A stretch of 64,000 nt of DNA from an uncultured Fibrobacterota bacterium (GTDB taxonomy: Bacteria; Fibrobacterota; Chitinivibrionia; Chitinivibrionales; CAYFVL01), in contig CAZPHU010000003.1 in assembly GCA_964586285.1 (NCBI GenBank), forward strand, positions 5,049-69,048, in the 5' to 3' direction. The stretch's first letter is position 1; every line of letters starts with the position of its first letter. Made by a program: the position numbers and the translations under genes. Shown here in pieces: positions 50,222 through 60,049 of the stretch. Below the pieces are notes generated by a model. The model made no database searches, was not told where the DNA came from, and saw only the letters and a program-made list of their open reading frames with translations.

Positions 50222-50482
50222 AGTTTTCACCGCCTTTATTTCCCTCCGACTGGGTTGCAAAAAAGCATTCCCGCAAACCTTACAGATGCTCCATTTTGCA
50301 TGGAAAGCACACAACTCTGCTATTGACCATCGTTAGATTCTTTTTAAATACATCAAAATAAAAACCCGAATTTCTTACTTTTTATGCCTGAGTTCCTCAT
50401 CGTTTGTCGGGGCTAAAGCATTCTGAGCTTGTAAAAATTCCCGACATAATCGCCCCCCTTCGACAGTCATAACGACCTGTCT

Positions 50483-51118
50483 CTATTTTAATGTTTGAAT
50501 AAACGCCCTTATCCCGGTCAAACTCATCTGAACCGCCAGAGTGGTCAGTATCATTCCCATAAGTCGTTCTATTGCGCTTATTACCCTCTCGCCCAGCAAA
50601 CGCCTGAGGTATTCGGCAAGTTCAAGAATAATAGTGCTTATGGACCAGGCAACCAGCAAGGCGACAAACCATATCCACAGCCTGTCCGGACTTTGAGTCG
50701 CAAACAGTGTCACCACTACAATAGACGAAGGTCCGGCGATCAGAGGCACGGCAAGAGGAACAATCAACGGCTCCTGCCCCGCGACTCCTTTCCCCCGTGA
50801 TTCTTGTGAGGGAAAGATCATGCGAATCGCAATTATGAAAAGAAGCACCCCACCGGCTATACTTAGCGCGGGCTCGGAGATACTCATGCCCCCCAGGATA
50901 TATTGCCCAAAAAAGAGAAACAGCGTCAACACTCCAAGCGCGATAACCATCTCCCTTAGTATAACCCACTTTCGCTTACGTTCCTCCACCGAACCCAGTA
51001 TAGCCAGATAAGCCGGGATATTTCCGAACGGGTCCATAATAAGCAGCAGAGTGACGGCCGCGGTATATACATTTGCCGGGAAATACGTTTGAGAATCCAT
51101 ACTGATTAAGAAAGGCAA
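50483..51118 (-). CDS. MarC-family (UPF0056) integral membrane protein
   Basis: Six predicted TM segments and the motifs IMDPFGNIPAYL and IAGGVLLFIIAIRMIF. Confidence 0.75.
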   Translation of the reverse strand: MPFLISMDSQTYFPANVYTAAVTLLLIMDPFGNIPAYLAILGSVEERKRKWVILREMVIALGVLTLFLFFGQYILGGMSISEPALSIAGGVLLFIIAIRMIFPSQESRGKGVAGQEPLIVPLAVPLIAGPSSIVVVTLFATQSPDRLWIWFVALLVAWSISTIILELAEYLRRLLGERVISAIERLMGMILTTLAVQMSLTGIRAFIQTLK

Positions 51119-51141
51119 TAGATATGCCTAAAGAAGGCCTG

Positions 51142-51170
51142 TTGACATTAAACTGCAAAAAACGTAAAAT
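51142..51170 (+). promoter_or_regulatory. Sigma-70-type promoter upstream of the STAS gene
   Basis: TTGACA, a 17-nt spacer, then TAAAAT, lying 48 nt upstream of the ATG at 51218. Confidence 0.5.
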
Positions 51171-51217
51171 TTTTATACAGTCTTCACTTTAATTCCTAAA
51201 GAAAATCTCAAACGTAT

Positions 51218-51577
51218 ATGGCACTGAAAAAATTGGAGAGTTCCCGGTTTATATACATCTCCTATTGTCGCGATAATTATAAGGAACTCACTCATTTCAA
51301 AACACTTTTGGCAAACAGCGGTAGTCTTTCAGAGGGTAATAAGGATATAGTCATAGACCTTAGCGGCTCCGACTTCATCAGTTCGCCGGAGTTAGGGGCA
51401 ATCATTCGTCTGCTAAAACGACTCCAGGGCAGTCGAAGGTGCCTGCGTATTATTGCCGGACCAACCGTCAAGAAGCTCATGAATACGACCAATGTAAGCC
51501 GAATCAAGAATATGGTCGTATACGAGGGGCAAAAGGATTTTAAGCGCAGGATGAAAGCCCAGCGGACTCACGACTGA
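51218..51577 (+). CDS. STAS-domain (anti-sigma-factor-antagonist-like) protein
   Basis: VIDLSGSDFISSPELGAIIRLLKRLQGSRRCLRIIAGPTVKKLMNTTNVSRI fits the STAS/SpoIIAA pattern. Confidence 0.6.
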   Translation: MALKKLESSRFIYISYCRDNYKELTHFKTLLANSGSLSEGNKDIVIDLSGSDFISSPELGAIIRLLKRLQGSRRCLRIIAGPTVKKLMNTTNVSRIKNMVVYEGQKDFKRRMKAQRTHD

Positions 51578-51950
51578 ACTCAGGCATTTTTTCAACCCGG
51601 TGCACTAACGAAAAAAGACAGCGACAATACGCTGAAGGGATGTGTACCCGTATTCAGGTGAAGCTCCATTCGCAGAATGAGAATTTTTTTCGGGAAAGAT
51701 GTCTTGTTTCGGCCGGTTTATTTGACCTGAGGCTTTGATATGAAATAAAAAAGTCTTCATTTTCTCACGATGCTTCTCCCCCCGTTCAAAAAGAATCGAA
51801 GATTACCGTTTCAAACGCGCTTTTAAAGATTTGCTCCGTTGCTTCTGGGCTCACGACAACATCTTATCCTAAACATTACAGGTGTAGAGTGCAAAAGTCA
51901 TTTCAGTCTATACACGTGCCAAGAGGCGGCGATAGGCGGCCCCGGCATGG

Positions 51951-51966
51951 TGGCACATTGTTTGCT
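51951..51966 (+). promoter_or_regulatory. Near-consensus sigma-54 promoter about 240 nt upstream of the NtrC-like gene
   Basis: TGGCACATTGTTTGCT matches TGGCAC-N5-TTGCW exactly in the GG/GC positions and flanks. Confidence 0.7.
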
Positions 51967-52207
51967 CGGCTCTTGTTAATTTTACTCGAAAAGTCCGGAT
52001 GAGAGCCTTTGTGCGCATTTTAGTGCCTCTATTGCATGGGAATCCATGTGTAACTATATTTAGAGATGAAAACACCACTACTAGATGTCCCTGGGTCTTC
52101 GGGCGCACGGCTTGATTCAGAGAAAAGCAAAACGAGCACACATTTGCCAAACGGGTTATATGCCTGCTTTTGGAAATGAACAAACCTACTCCCTGGAGAG
52201 TTAGTTT

Positions 52208-53548
52208 ATGAAAAAGCCCAAGCTTTTGATAGTTGAAGATAATGAAGCTTCCTTGTTTGGATATACGCGCTACCTCAGTAATGAAGGCTATTTGGTACAA
52301 AGCGCCACCAGCCTTAAAGAGGCGCGAGAGGCCATGCAGTCGGAGGTCTTCGATGCAGTCCTTCTGGATCTTGGTTTGCCCGACGGTAATGGTCTTGATT
52401 GGATAGAAGAGCTTCGGATGCAGCATGAGTCGGTTGCGGTGATTGTGATAACGGGAGTTAGTGATGTTCCGACTGCGGTTAAATCGATGCGACTGGGCGC
52501 CGATAATTATCTGACCAAGCCGGTCAATATGGACGACCTGAACATCGCCATACAGAAGAGCCTTGAGATAGAGCAGCTTCGCAAGAGAAACTCCGTCCAT
52601 CAGCGCCTTGCCCAGCAGGGTGAGCCCTACTTTGGAAAGAGTGAGGCGATCGCCGGTGTGATGAACTTCGCGGACGTGGCAGCATCAAACCACACGGTAG
52701 TATTGCTTCACGGCGAAACCGGAACCGGAAAAGGAGTGCTGGCCCGATGGATTCATGAGCACAGCGACAGACATTCGGAGACTTTCGTGGAACTTAACTG
52801 CTCCAGCCTAAAGGGAGAGCTGTTAAGGAGCGAGCTTTTCGGTCACGCCAAGGGAGCATTTACCTCTGCAATCAAAGATCGGGCGGGTCTTATCGAGGCA
52901 GCCGACGGCGGTACGCTGTTTTTGGATGAGATAGGGGACATGGATCTTGATGTTCAGGCCCAGCTGCTAAAAACCATCGAAGAGCGCTCCTACCGTCGTA
53001 TCGGTGAGAACAAGCTAAGAAACAGTGACTTTCGGCTGATTTGTGCTACGAATCGTGACCTTACCAAAGCTACAAACGACGGTGAATTCAGAAAGGATTT
53101 ATACTATCGGATCTGCGTGTTCCCGATCCATCTTCCGCCTCTGCGAGAAAGGGCCGATGAAATAGAGGATTTGAGCGAACACCTGCTGGTTACATTCTCT
53201 TATGATTCATTTCCGCTAAAACCCGAGGTGGTGGAGCTGTTGAGGAAATATGACTGGCCGGGAAACATCCGAGAACTTCGCAACATGCTGGAGAGAGCGC
53301 TTCTTCTGGCCCAAGGCAAGGAACTTCAACCGCAGCATTTTCCCGGACTGGCGCCTCGGCCCAATCCGATCCACCAGACCTATACCTCAAACGGTGAAGA
53401 GATTTGGAGCCTGGATGATATCGAGCGCTCTCACATAATAAAGGCTCTCAAACATTTTCAAGGCGATAAATACAAGACCAGCAGTGCGCTGGGGATCTCA
53501 TTAGCATCACTATACAGGAAATTAGGAAAGATTCAGAACCCGGCCTGA
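52208..53548 (+). CDS. NtrC-family sigma-54-dependent response regulator (REC-AAA+-HTH)
   Basis: REC (LIVEDNE...LLDLGLPDGNG), AAA+ (GETGTGKG, ELFGHAKGAFTSA, GTLFLDEIGDM, WPGNIRELRN) and a Fis-type HTH. Confidence 0.9.
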   Translation: MKKPKLLIVEDNEASLFGYTRYLSNEGYLVQSATSLKEAREAMQSEVFDAVLLDLGLPDGNGLDWIEELRMQHESVAVIVITGVSDVPTAVKSMRLGADNYLTKPVNMDDLNIAIQKSLEIEQLRKRNSVHQRLAQQGEPYFGKSEAIAGVMNFADVAASNHTVVLLHGETGTGKGVLARWIHEHSDRHSETFVELNCSSLKGELLRSELFGHAKGAFTSAIKDRAGLIEAADGGTLFLDEIGDMDLDVQAQLLKTIEERSYRRIGENKLRNSDFRLICATNRDLTKATNDGEFRKDLYYRICVFPIHLPPLRERADEIEDLSEHLLVTFSYDSFPLKPEVVELLRKYDWPGNIRELRNMLERALLLAQGKELQPQHFPGLAPRPNPIHQTYTSNGEEIWSLDDIERSHIIKALKHFQGDKYKTSSALGISLASLYRKLGKIQNPA

Positions 53549-53570
53549 GACAAAACACCTGTTCCTTGAA

Positions 53571-53605
53571 AAGGATTTCGCCTCAGGCGAAGTCCTTTTT
53601 TTATT
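53571..53605 (+). terminator. Rho-independent terminator after the NtrC-like gene
   Basis: Stem AAGGATTTCGCC / GGCGAAGTCCTT (one G-U or mismatch position), loop TCA, followed by a T-run. Confidence 0.7.
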
Positions 53606-53775
53606 TTGAGAAATGCGTTTCTCTTTTCCTGCGTTTTTTCACAATACCCGACAGACTATTGCCTCCTCTTTACATAAAAACCGACATGAAGAGCGCTCTT
53701 GGTGCCGGCATGAGTTTTGATTAAAGGGTTTTACAATCTTTAATCAAAACCTAATCTCTTTCAGAGGAAATACAC

Positions 53776-54273
53776 ATGCCGCAATCTCGATTCAACCGTA
53801 TACTTCAGGAGGCCTATTCGGCTTTCTGCACGGCCGGCGAATTTTATGCCCGGGAAGCCAGGACAAGCGACGATCAGATCAACAAACTATTTCTTTATTT
53901 TTTGTCGGCAAAAAGGCGCGCTCAGCAGATCGAACTGCAGCTGACCGCAAGAAAGTACGGTATAACTCTATATCCTCAGACTAATGCCGTCTGGAATTCT
54001 TTTTACCACTCTCACTTACGCCCCGAAACACTTGACAAGCTTCTTGATTTCGCTCATGAAAAGGCGGAACTTGAGATGAAACATTTGGAGCGGATGTCTC
54101 AACCCGATGATGAAATTCAAACCAGATCTTTGCTGCAGAGCCTTAAAAATATGATCCGTGATTATTTCTTTGACATCAATACCGGCTACCTGATTTTCGT
54201 GTCCAGGAAATACTCCCCGGAAAAAGAATATGCGAACAGAGTGGATGAGAAACCCGAACTTGCGATTTTTTGA
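53776..54273 (+). CDS. Hypothetical helical protein (165 aa)
   Basis: ORF with the RBS AGAGGAAA upstream and predicted helical composition. I recognised no family motif. Confidence 0.55.
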   Translation: MPQSRFNRILQEAYSAFCTAGEFYAREARTSDDQINKLFLYFLSAKRRAQQIELQLTARKYGITLYPQTNAVWNSFYHSHLRPETLDKLLDFAHEKAELEMKHLERMSQPDDEIQTRSLLQSLKNMIRDYFFDINTGYLIFVSRKYSPEKEYANRVDEKPELAIF

Positions 54274-54418
54274 GTTCCTCTTTTTTTCCGTGTGATCTGG
54301 TTTGCGGACGTATCGAATGTCCGGAGGCACAGTGTAGTCAACCTGGTAAGGTTTAGAACCGATTTGAGTTCTGTAAACCATTTTTCTTCCTATGTACAGG
54401 AGAATTTGAAAGTAAAGA

Positions 54419-56215
54419 ATGGATGTTATTACACCTGAAGAGGATCGGATACAATTCATCAATTTAGCCTCTGGTGAGCCCGAAAAATTTCAGAACGGTT
54501 CCTTGTTAAAGCGCTTAAAAGAGGTTGAGATCAGAAAGGCGCCGAAGAAGCGGGGACGACGAAGAACCATAAGTCTGAATGGCATCACCGTTGTTCCGGG
54601 TTTGGCCATCGGAGTGGCCCACAGGTATCGGGACATCCTTTCGCGCGAGATTGATGCCTCCGATATAACAACTGAGCAGATACCACATGAGCAAAGCCGG
54701 CTTAAAGACGCGCTTACAAAAGCAAAAGTCGCCCTCACGGCTTTACAGGATACGCTGGCCCCCGCGGTGGGAGACTGTAATGCGCGAGTCTTTGACGCGC
54801 ACGCCCAGATGCTTTCCGACTCTTACCTGCTTGAACAGCTGTTACAGGAGCTGCGCGGTCGTATGGTTAACAGCGAGGCGGTGGTAAGGGATGTGTTCAA
54901 GCGTCTGGAGAGCAGGTTTCGGGATTCGTCCAATCTTCTGCTTGCCGAGCGTGCAGACGACATACGCGACGTGGGAAGGCTCGTACTCAGATCACTTCTT
55001 GGTATAGATGAGAAACCGATTCGTCCCGGTCGGGCTCCGCTGATTATTCTCTCCAGGCGACTGCTGCCCTCAGACGCCATCCATTTCAAGACTAAACGAA
55101 TCACCGGCATCGTAACCGCAGAGGGAGGAGTAAACTCCCACTCGGCTATTTTTGCCAGAGAGTTTTCTCTTCCCTTCATAACCAAAATCCCCGTGGACAG
55201 GAACTTTATCTCCGAAGGTTCGGCTCTTATAGTCGACGGGAACCGGGGTATACTAACCATAAATCCGCATGAAAAGGAAATTGTTGCCTGCCAGGAGCAG
55301 ATTAAGAAGCAAAAGCAACAGAAACGTCGACTGGTTCGAAACACACGTGATCTTACGCTTTGCGTAGAGGATATTCCTGTAAAGTTGTTGGCCAACATTG
55401 TGACCGCCGATGATGTTAAAGCCGCCGCACGTTATGGATGTGACGGAATTGGGCTTTATCGTCTGGAATGTCTATACATGAGCAGACAAACCATGCCCAC
55501 CGAGGATGAGCTTCTAAGCGCACTGACAAATTCGCTGGCTCCGATAAAAGATCGAACCATAACAATACGCCTTTTGGATACGGGGGGAGATAAAAACATA
55601 TCTTACTTACCCGGGGACACCGGCGGCAACAGCCCTCTTGGACTCAGAGGCATAAGACTCCTTTTACATCATCCCCACCTTCTCTCGATGCAGATTCGAG
55701 CATGCCTGCGATTAAGCGCAAGTCACCGTATAAACATACTCATCCCGCTGGTTACCACTCCCGAAGACATCAGCCGCACTCTGGAGATTATCGAAAAAGA
55801 AAAAGCCGGTTTCCGCGAAAACGGCATGCCTTTTGATCGCAATATTAGAATAGGTGCCATGATTGAAACACCGGCCTCTCTACTCAGAGTGGATGAGATA
55901 CTCCAAAAGGTTGACTACTTGAGTATTGGAACAAATGACCTTATTCAGTATCTTATGGCCGCCGACAGAGACAATGCACATGTGTCCTCCTACTATGAAC
56001 AGGGTAACGAACTCGTTATTCCGCTTATCGAGGAGATACTGATCAAGGCTCGCAAACACAAGAAAAATTGCAGCCTGTGCGGAGAGCTTGCCGGAGATAT
56101 ACGTTTTGCAAAGAAATTACTCGAGTGCGGACTACGAGAGTTCAGCGTGATACCTTATGCAATACCGGAACTAAAGGATCTTTTACGCTCAAGTATCGGA
56201 GAGCTTGAAAAGTAA
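54419..56215 (+). CDS. Second PEP-protein phosphotransferase (Enzyme I) paralog with a unique basic N-terminal extension
   Basis: Phospho-His region GGVNSHSAIFAREFSLPFI and PEP-binding motifs SIGTNDLIQYLMAADR and CSLCGELAGD. About 55 N-terminal residues (…KAPKKRGRRRTISL) precede the EI core. There is no GAF domain. Confidence 0.85.
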   Translation: MDVITPEEDRIQFINLASGEPEKFQNGSLLKRLKEVEIRKAPKKRGRRRTISLNGITVVPGLAIGVAHRYRDILSREIDASDITTEQIPHEQSRLKDALTKAKVALTALQDTLAPAVGDCNARVFDAHAQMLSDSYLLEQLLQELRGRMVNSEAVVRDVFKRLESRFRDSSNLLLAERADDIRDVGRLVLRSLLGIDEKPIRPGRAPLIILSRRLLPSDAIHFKTKRITGIVTAEGGVNSHSAIFAREFSLPFITKIPVDRNFISEGSALIVDGNRGILTINPHEKEIVACQEQIKKQKQQKRRLVRNTRDLTLCVEDIPVKLLANIVTADDVKAAARYGCDGIGLYRLECLYMSRQTMPTEDELLSALTNSLAPIKDRTITIRLLDTGGDKNISYLPGDTGGNSPLGLRGIRLLLHHPHLLSMQIRACLRLSASHRINILIPLVTTPEDISRTLEIIEKEKAGFRENGMPFDRNIRIGAMIETPASLLRVDEILQKVDYLSIGTNDLIQYLMAADRDNAHVSSYYEQGNELVIPLIEEILIKARKHKKNCSLCGELAGDIRFAKKLLECGLREFSVIPYAIPELKDLLRSSIGELEK

Positions 56216-56280
56216 TTGCTTTCTCCGGGCAAAGCGTCCATGCGCACCCGCCTCTATAAGTAATCGTAAAGGAGTTTTAC

Positions 56281-57036
56281 ATGTTACGATTGGAAACTGA
56301 GACCCACGGATATTCGGTACACGGAACGGACGGAGATTTGGGAACCGTAAGTGAATTTCTCTTCGAGGACCGAACATGGGAGGTTCGCTATCTGGTTGTG
56401 TCCATAGGCGCATGGCTCAATCGCAAGAAAGTAATAATCCACCCCGCCGCACTTCATCCGCCGGACTGGATAAAACGGATCTTTCCCACTAATCTAAGCA
56501 GAGATCAAATTCGGCACAGTCCCGACATAGATACGGAGATGCCCGTATCACGCGACCAGGAACGCAATCTGCTTCAATACTTCGGCTGGCCTCTTTACTG
56601 GGGAGAAAGCTATATAGGCCCCGGAACCAGTGCAAGCCTAATGTCTACGGCGGCAGCGGAGCAGGCCCGTCAACAACACCAAAGAACCCAGGAAGAGCAG
56701 CAAAGCCATTTGCGCAGCACTCACGAGGTAAAAGGATATCATATTCAGACCCCGCAGGGAACGATCGGTCATGTTTCGGATTTTCTTTTTGAGGATTCGG
56801 ATTGGCGAATCAATTATATGGTGGTAAACACCAAAAATATTCTACCGGGCAAAAAGGTTTTGCTCTCTACCGAATGGATAGAGAACATCGACTGGCCCGC
56901 CGCGGTTGTGGAAGTCGACATTTCCAAAGATATGATAAAAAACAGCCCGACCTTTGATCCGTCAAGGCCCGTTAACAGAAACCACGAAAATGAATTATTC
57001 GACTATTACGGACGACCCAAAGGGTGGCTCAGATGA
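56281..57036 (+). CDS. Tandem PRC-barrel domain protein
   Basis: Two copies of the pattern G(T/H)(D/I)G..G.VS(E/D)FLFED..W...Y(L/M)VV separated by a Gln-rich linker. Confidence 0.7.
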   Translation: MLRLETETHGYSVHGTDGDLGTVSEFLFEDRTWEVRYLVVSIGAWLNRKKVIIHPAALHPPDWIKRIFPTNLSRDQIRHSPDIDTEMPVSRDQERNLLQYFGWPLYWGESYIGPGTSASLMSTAAAEQARQQHQRTQEEQQSHLRSTHEVKGYHIQTPQGTIGHVSDFLFEDSDWRINYMVVNTKNILPGKKVLLSTEWIENIDWPAAVVEVDISKDMIKNSPTFDPSRPVNRNHENELFDYYGRPKGWLR

Positions 57037-57069
57037 CTGTGCCCTTGCCTTATGATTCGGAGGGAATAA

Positions 57070-58218
57070 ATGTTTGGGAAAAGAATAACGCTATTTAAAC
57101 TGATGGGCTTTAAGGTCCGAATAGATCTCAGTTGGCTGATTATCGTTGCGCTTGTGGTGTGGTCTCTGGCCGGCGGAGTGTTCCCCTATTACTACAAAAA
57201 TCTTTCCTCTTCGAGTTACTGGATTATGGGAATAGTCGGAGCGATCGGTCTTTTTCTCTCCATAATCGCTCATGAGTTTACTCACTCGATTGTAGCCAGA
57301 CGATTTGGCATGCCCATGGAGGGAATAACCCTTTTTATCTTCGGAGGTGTTGCCGAGATGGAAGATGAGCCCCCGAGTGCAGAGGCGGAGTTTTTCATGG
57401 CATTTGCGGGACCACTTTCGAGTATTGTAATAGGTTTTATCTTCTGGGGCCTCACCGCGCTTGGCCGCGCAGCCCAATGGCCCGTTACGGTCACCGGCGT
57501 TCTAAATTACCTTAAGCTGATTAATTGGATTCTTGCCGGTTTCAATCTGCTTCCAGCTTTTCCCCTGGACGGGGGCAGAGTGCTTAGATCCATACTCTGG
57601 AAATGGAAAAACAATATCAGCACGGCCACCAAGATCGCATCGGGGGCGGGCTCGACTTTCGGGATGCTTCTTATTGTCGCTGGAATTTTTTTTCTGTTTA
57701 CCGGCTCCATAATCGGGGGGATATGGTGGGTTCTTATCGGCCTCTTTCTTCGTCAGGCATCACAAATGAGCTACCGCAGGGTACTGATGCGAAAGGCGCT
57801 TGAAGGGGAAACAATCAGCCGTTTCATGCGCAAGGATCCGATCACCGTTTCTCCCTCTACGACAGTTAAGGATCTGGTGGAAAATTACGTCTACAAGTAC
57901 CATCATCGTATGTACCCTGTCATTAAAGACGGTCACCTTCGGGGCTGCATAACCACCAAAGAGATAAAAGAAGTGCCTCAGGATTTGTGGGAATCCAAAA
58001 CGGTCGAGGAGATTGTGCATGCCTGCTCTACCCAGAACACCATATCCTTAAACGAGGATCCGGTCAATGCCCTTACCCTTATGAATAAAACCGGAAACAG
58101 CCGACTACTTGTGGTTGACGGCCAAGATATTTTGGCTGGAATCATTACTATCAAGGATCTGCTTAGTTTTTTGTCCCTGAAGTTTGATCTGGAAGAGGAC
58201 AATTTTAGAAAGATGTAG
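57070..58218 (+). CDS. M50-family (site-2-protease-like) zinc metalloprotease with a C-terminal CBS pair
   Basis: HEFTHSIVARRFG (HExxH), LLPAFPLDGGRV, multiple TM helices and two CBS-like repeats. Confidence 0.85.
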   Translation: MFGKRITLFKLMGFKVRIDLSWLIIVALVVWSLAGGVFPYYYKNLSSSSYWIMGIVGAIGLFLSIIAHEFTHSIVARRFGMPMEGITLFIFGGVAEMEDEPPSAEAEFFMAFAGPLSSIVIGFIFWGLTALGRAAQWPVTVTGVLNYLKLINWILAGFNLLPAFPLDGGRVLRSILWKWKNNISTATKIASGAGSTFGMLLIVAGIFFLFTGSIIGGIWWVLIGLFLRQASQMSYRRVLMRKALEGETISRFMRKDPITVSPSTTVKDLVENYVYKYHHRMYPVIKDGHLRGCITTKEIKEVPQDLWESKTVEEIVHACSTQNTISLNEDPVNALTLMNKTGNSRLLVVDGQDILAGIITIKDLLSFLSLKFDLEEDNFRKM

Positions 58219-58368
58219 ATAGAAAAAGCCCCACAGGCTTTCACGATAGTATTGCCGTGATGTATTGTCGAAAAATCTGATTTGCAAAGGGGACCCTTTG
58301 TTTTAAACAGAGAGCGGCAGCTTTTTTGCGGAGACGCGCCACAGCGCGTCTCCGGGGTAAGAAGTCGA

Positions 58369-59427
58369 TTACGCGATCGTAATCGAATCGTCTTTGTAGA
58401 TCTCCTGAATAGTATGAAGAAGGGAGACGCCGTCGTCAAAGGGGCGTTGAAACGCTTTACGTCCCGAGATCATACCCATTCCACCCGCGCGTTTATTGAT
58501 CACCGCAGTTCTTACGGCCTGGGCCAGGTCCCCCGAGCCGGCCGATGCACCGCCGGAATTGATCAGTCCCATTCTTCCCATATAACAGTTTGCGACCTGA
58601 TAACGGGTAAGGTCTATTGGATGATCGGATGTAAGACCGGTATAGACCTTCTCATGTGTTTTACCGAATTTGATTTTCCTAAACCCGCCGTTTGTTTCGG
58701 GTTGCTTCTGCTTTACTATATCGGCCTCTATGGTTACCGCCAGATGATTTGCCTGTCCGGTAAGATCCGAGGCCAGATGATAATCGGTGTCTTGGGTTTT
58801 GAAAGCGTCGTTGCGAAGGTATGCCCACAGTATGGTAACCAACCCCAACTCATGTGCCCTTTGAAACGCTTCGGATATTTCGATGATTTGCCTGTCGGAG
58901 TTTTCGGAGCCAAAGTATATGGTTGCACCTACCGCAACCGCTCCCATCTGGAAAGCCTGCTCCACCTGACCGAAAAGAATCTGGTCATATCTGTTTGGAT
59001 ATGTCAGAAGTTCATTATGATTGATTTTTACGATAAAAGGTATGCGATGGGCATATTTACGACCTACCGCTCCCAAAACACCCAACGTGGATGCTACCGC
59101 GTTACACCCACCTTCCAAAGCAAGCTTGACGATATTTTCCGGATCGAAATAAATGGGATTAGGCGCAAATGATGCTCCGGCGGAGTGCTCTACCCCCTGG
59201 TCCACCGGTAATATCGACAGATAGCCGGTATTTGCAAGCGCACCGGATCCCAGAAGGTGTTGTAGATTGCGCAAAACAGGTATACTTCTGTCGGTATTGA
59301 GGAAAGCTCTTTCCACATAATCGGGACCGGGGAGTAGAAGTTGATCTCGTGGAATCGTCTTTGAGGTGTGCTCCAAGAGATATTGCGCCTCCTCCCCCAG
59401 CAGTTCTCTAATCTTATTTTCCATCAT
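58369..59427 (-). CDS. fbaB: Class I fructose-bisphosphate aldolase (FbaB/DhnA type)
   Basis: Near-collinear similarity to E. coli FbaB as I recall it ([69 protein letters not shown]). Confidence 0.9.
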   Translation of the reverse strand: MMENKIRELLGEEAQYLLEHTSKTIPRDQLLLPGPDYVERAFLNTDRSIPVLRNLQHLLGSGALANTGYLSILPVDQGVEHSAGASFAPNPIYFDPENIVKLALEGGCNAVASTLGVLGAVGRKYAHRIPFIVKINHNELLTYPNRYDQILFGQVEQAFQMGAVAVGATIYFGSENSDRQIIEISEAFQRAHELGLVTILWAYLRNDAFKTQDTDYHLASDLTGQANHLAVTIEADIVKQKQPETNGGFRKIKFGKTHEKVYTGLTSDHPIDLTRYQVANCYMGRMGLINSGGASAGSGDLAQAVRTAVINKRAGGMGMISGRKAFQRPFDDGVSLLHTIQEIYKDDSITIA

Positions 59428-59606
59428 TCACATCCTTCCATTTGTGTCCAGTCCAAAGTGTCTGAAAAAAGTTTCTTACCTATCCGATCGCGCCCCAAGC
59501 GGTGGGTCATCTTATTTAACCCGGTTTGGAGTCGGCGCTTATCTTTCTGAGAAGGTGCCGCGGCAAGGCCTACGGCACCAGGCTCAATAAGCACCAAAAT
59601 TCTCGA

Positions 59607-60002
59607 TCATTCGACTGTGATTTCTTTGGAATTTTGCCAAAGCCCGTGTATGTTGCAGTAGCTGGATGCAAATACGGTCCCCTTCTTGTCGGTCTTGAAA
59701 CTAAGCATAGCCTCATGATGGGTATATACCGAGCTGGTATCGGGACCGTCAACGGAAGCACCGTGTGAATCAAATTGCGCCTTACCTATTTGGTAGGGGA
59801 ACTTACTTCCATCGGGCTGAAAGTAGATATTGATCCAGGCAATATGATGAGCCGTGGTGTTTGGATGAGCGATCTCTTTGCCAATAGTTACTTTGACAGT
59901 AAAAAATTCGCCCTTTTTAACGGTATCCGGACACTCTATCACGGGCACATGCTTTTCAGATTTCCAGTCGGCTGTTTGAAACAGTTCTTTAAATTCCGGC
60001 AT
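59607..60002 (-). CDS. One-iron superoxide reductase (neelaredoxin-type)
   Basis: ELFQTADWKSEKHVPVIE, AHPNTTAHHIAWI and YCNIHGLW are the SOR ligand and loop motifs. There is no N-terminal desulforedoxin domain. Confidence 0.88.
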   Translation of the reverse strand: MPEFKELFQTADWKSEKHVPVIECPDTVKKGEFFTVKVTIGKEIAHPNTTAHHIAWINIYFQPDGSKFPYQIGKAQFDSHGASVDGPDTSSVYTHHEAMLSFKTDKKGTVFASSYCNIHGLWQNSKEITVE

Positions 60003-60049
60003 TTTCTATATGCTCCTCGATTAATTGGTTTTATGTAAAAGGTTACTTT

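Noticed and set aside
50255-50273. Sigma-54-like element (minus strand CGGGAATGCTTTTTTGCAA) upstream of the PNPOx-like / reductase / DUF2267 operon.
   Set aside because: The GG to GC spacing is one nucleotide too long (11 intervening nt instead of 10). Spacing is normally invariant in sigma-54 promoters.
51999-52115. 38-codon ORF (MRAFVRILVPLLHGNPCVTIFRDENTTTRCPWVFGRTA) inside the leader of the NtrC-like gene.
   Set aside because: It has a weak ribosome-binding context and no recognisable family. I kept it only as a remark under the leader finding.
59581-59596. Weak sigma-54-like element upstream of fbaB (minus strand TGGTGCTTATTGAGCC). A similar one lies upstream of parA (45180-45195, minus strand CGGAAAAATACTTGCG).
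   Set aside because: Only the GG and GC dinucleotides fit and the flanking consensus bases are poor. This is not distinguishable from chance by eye.
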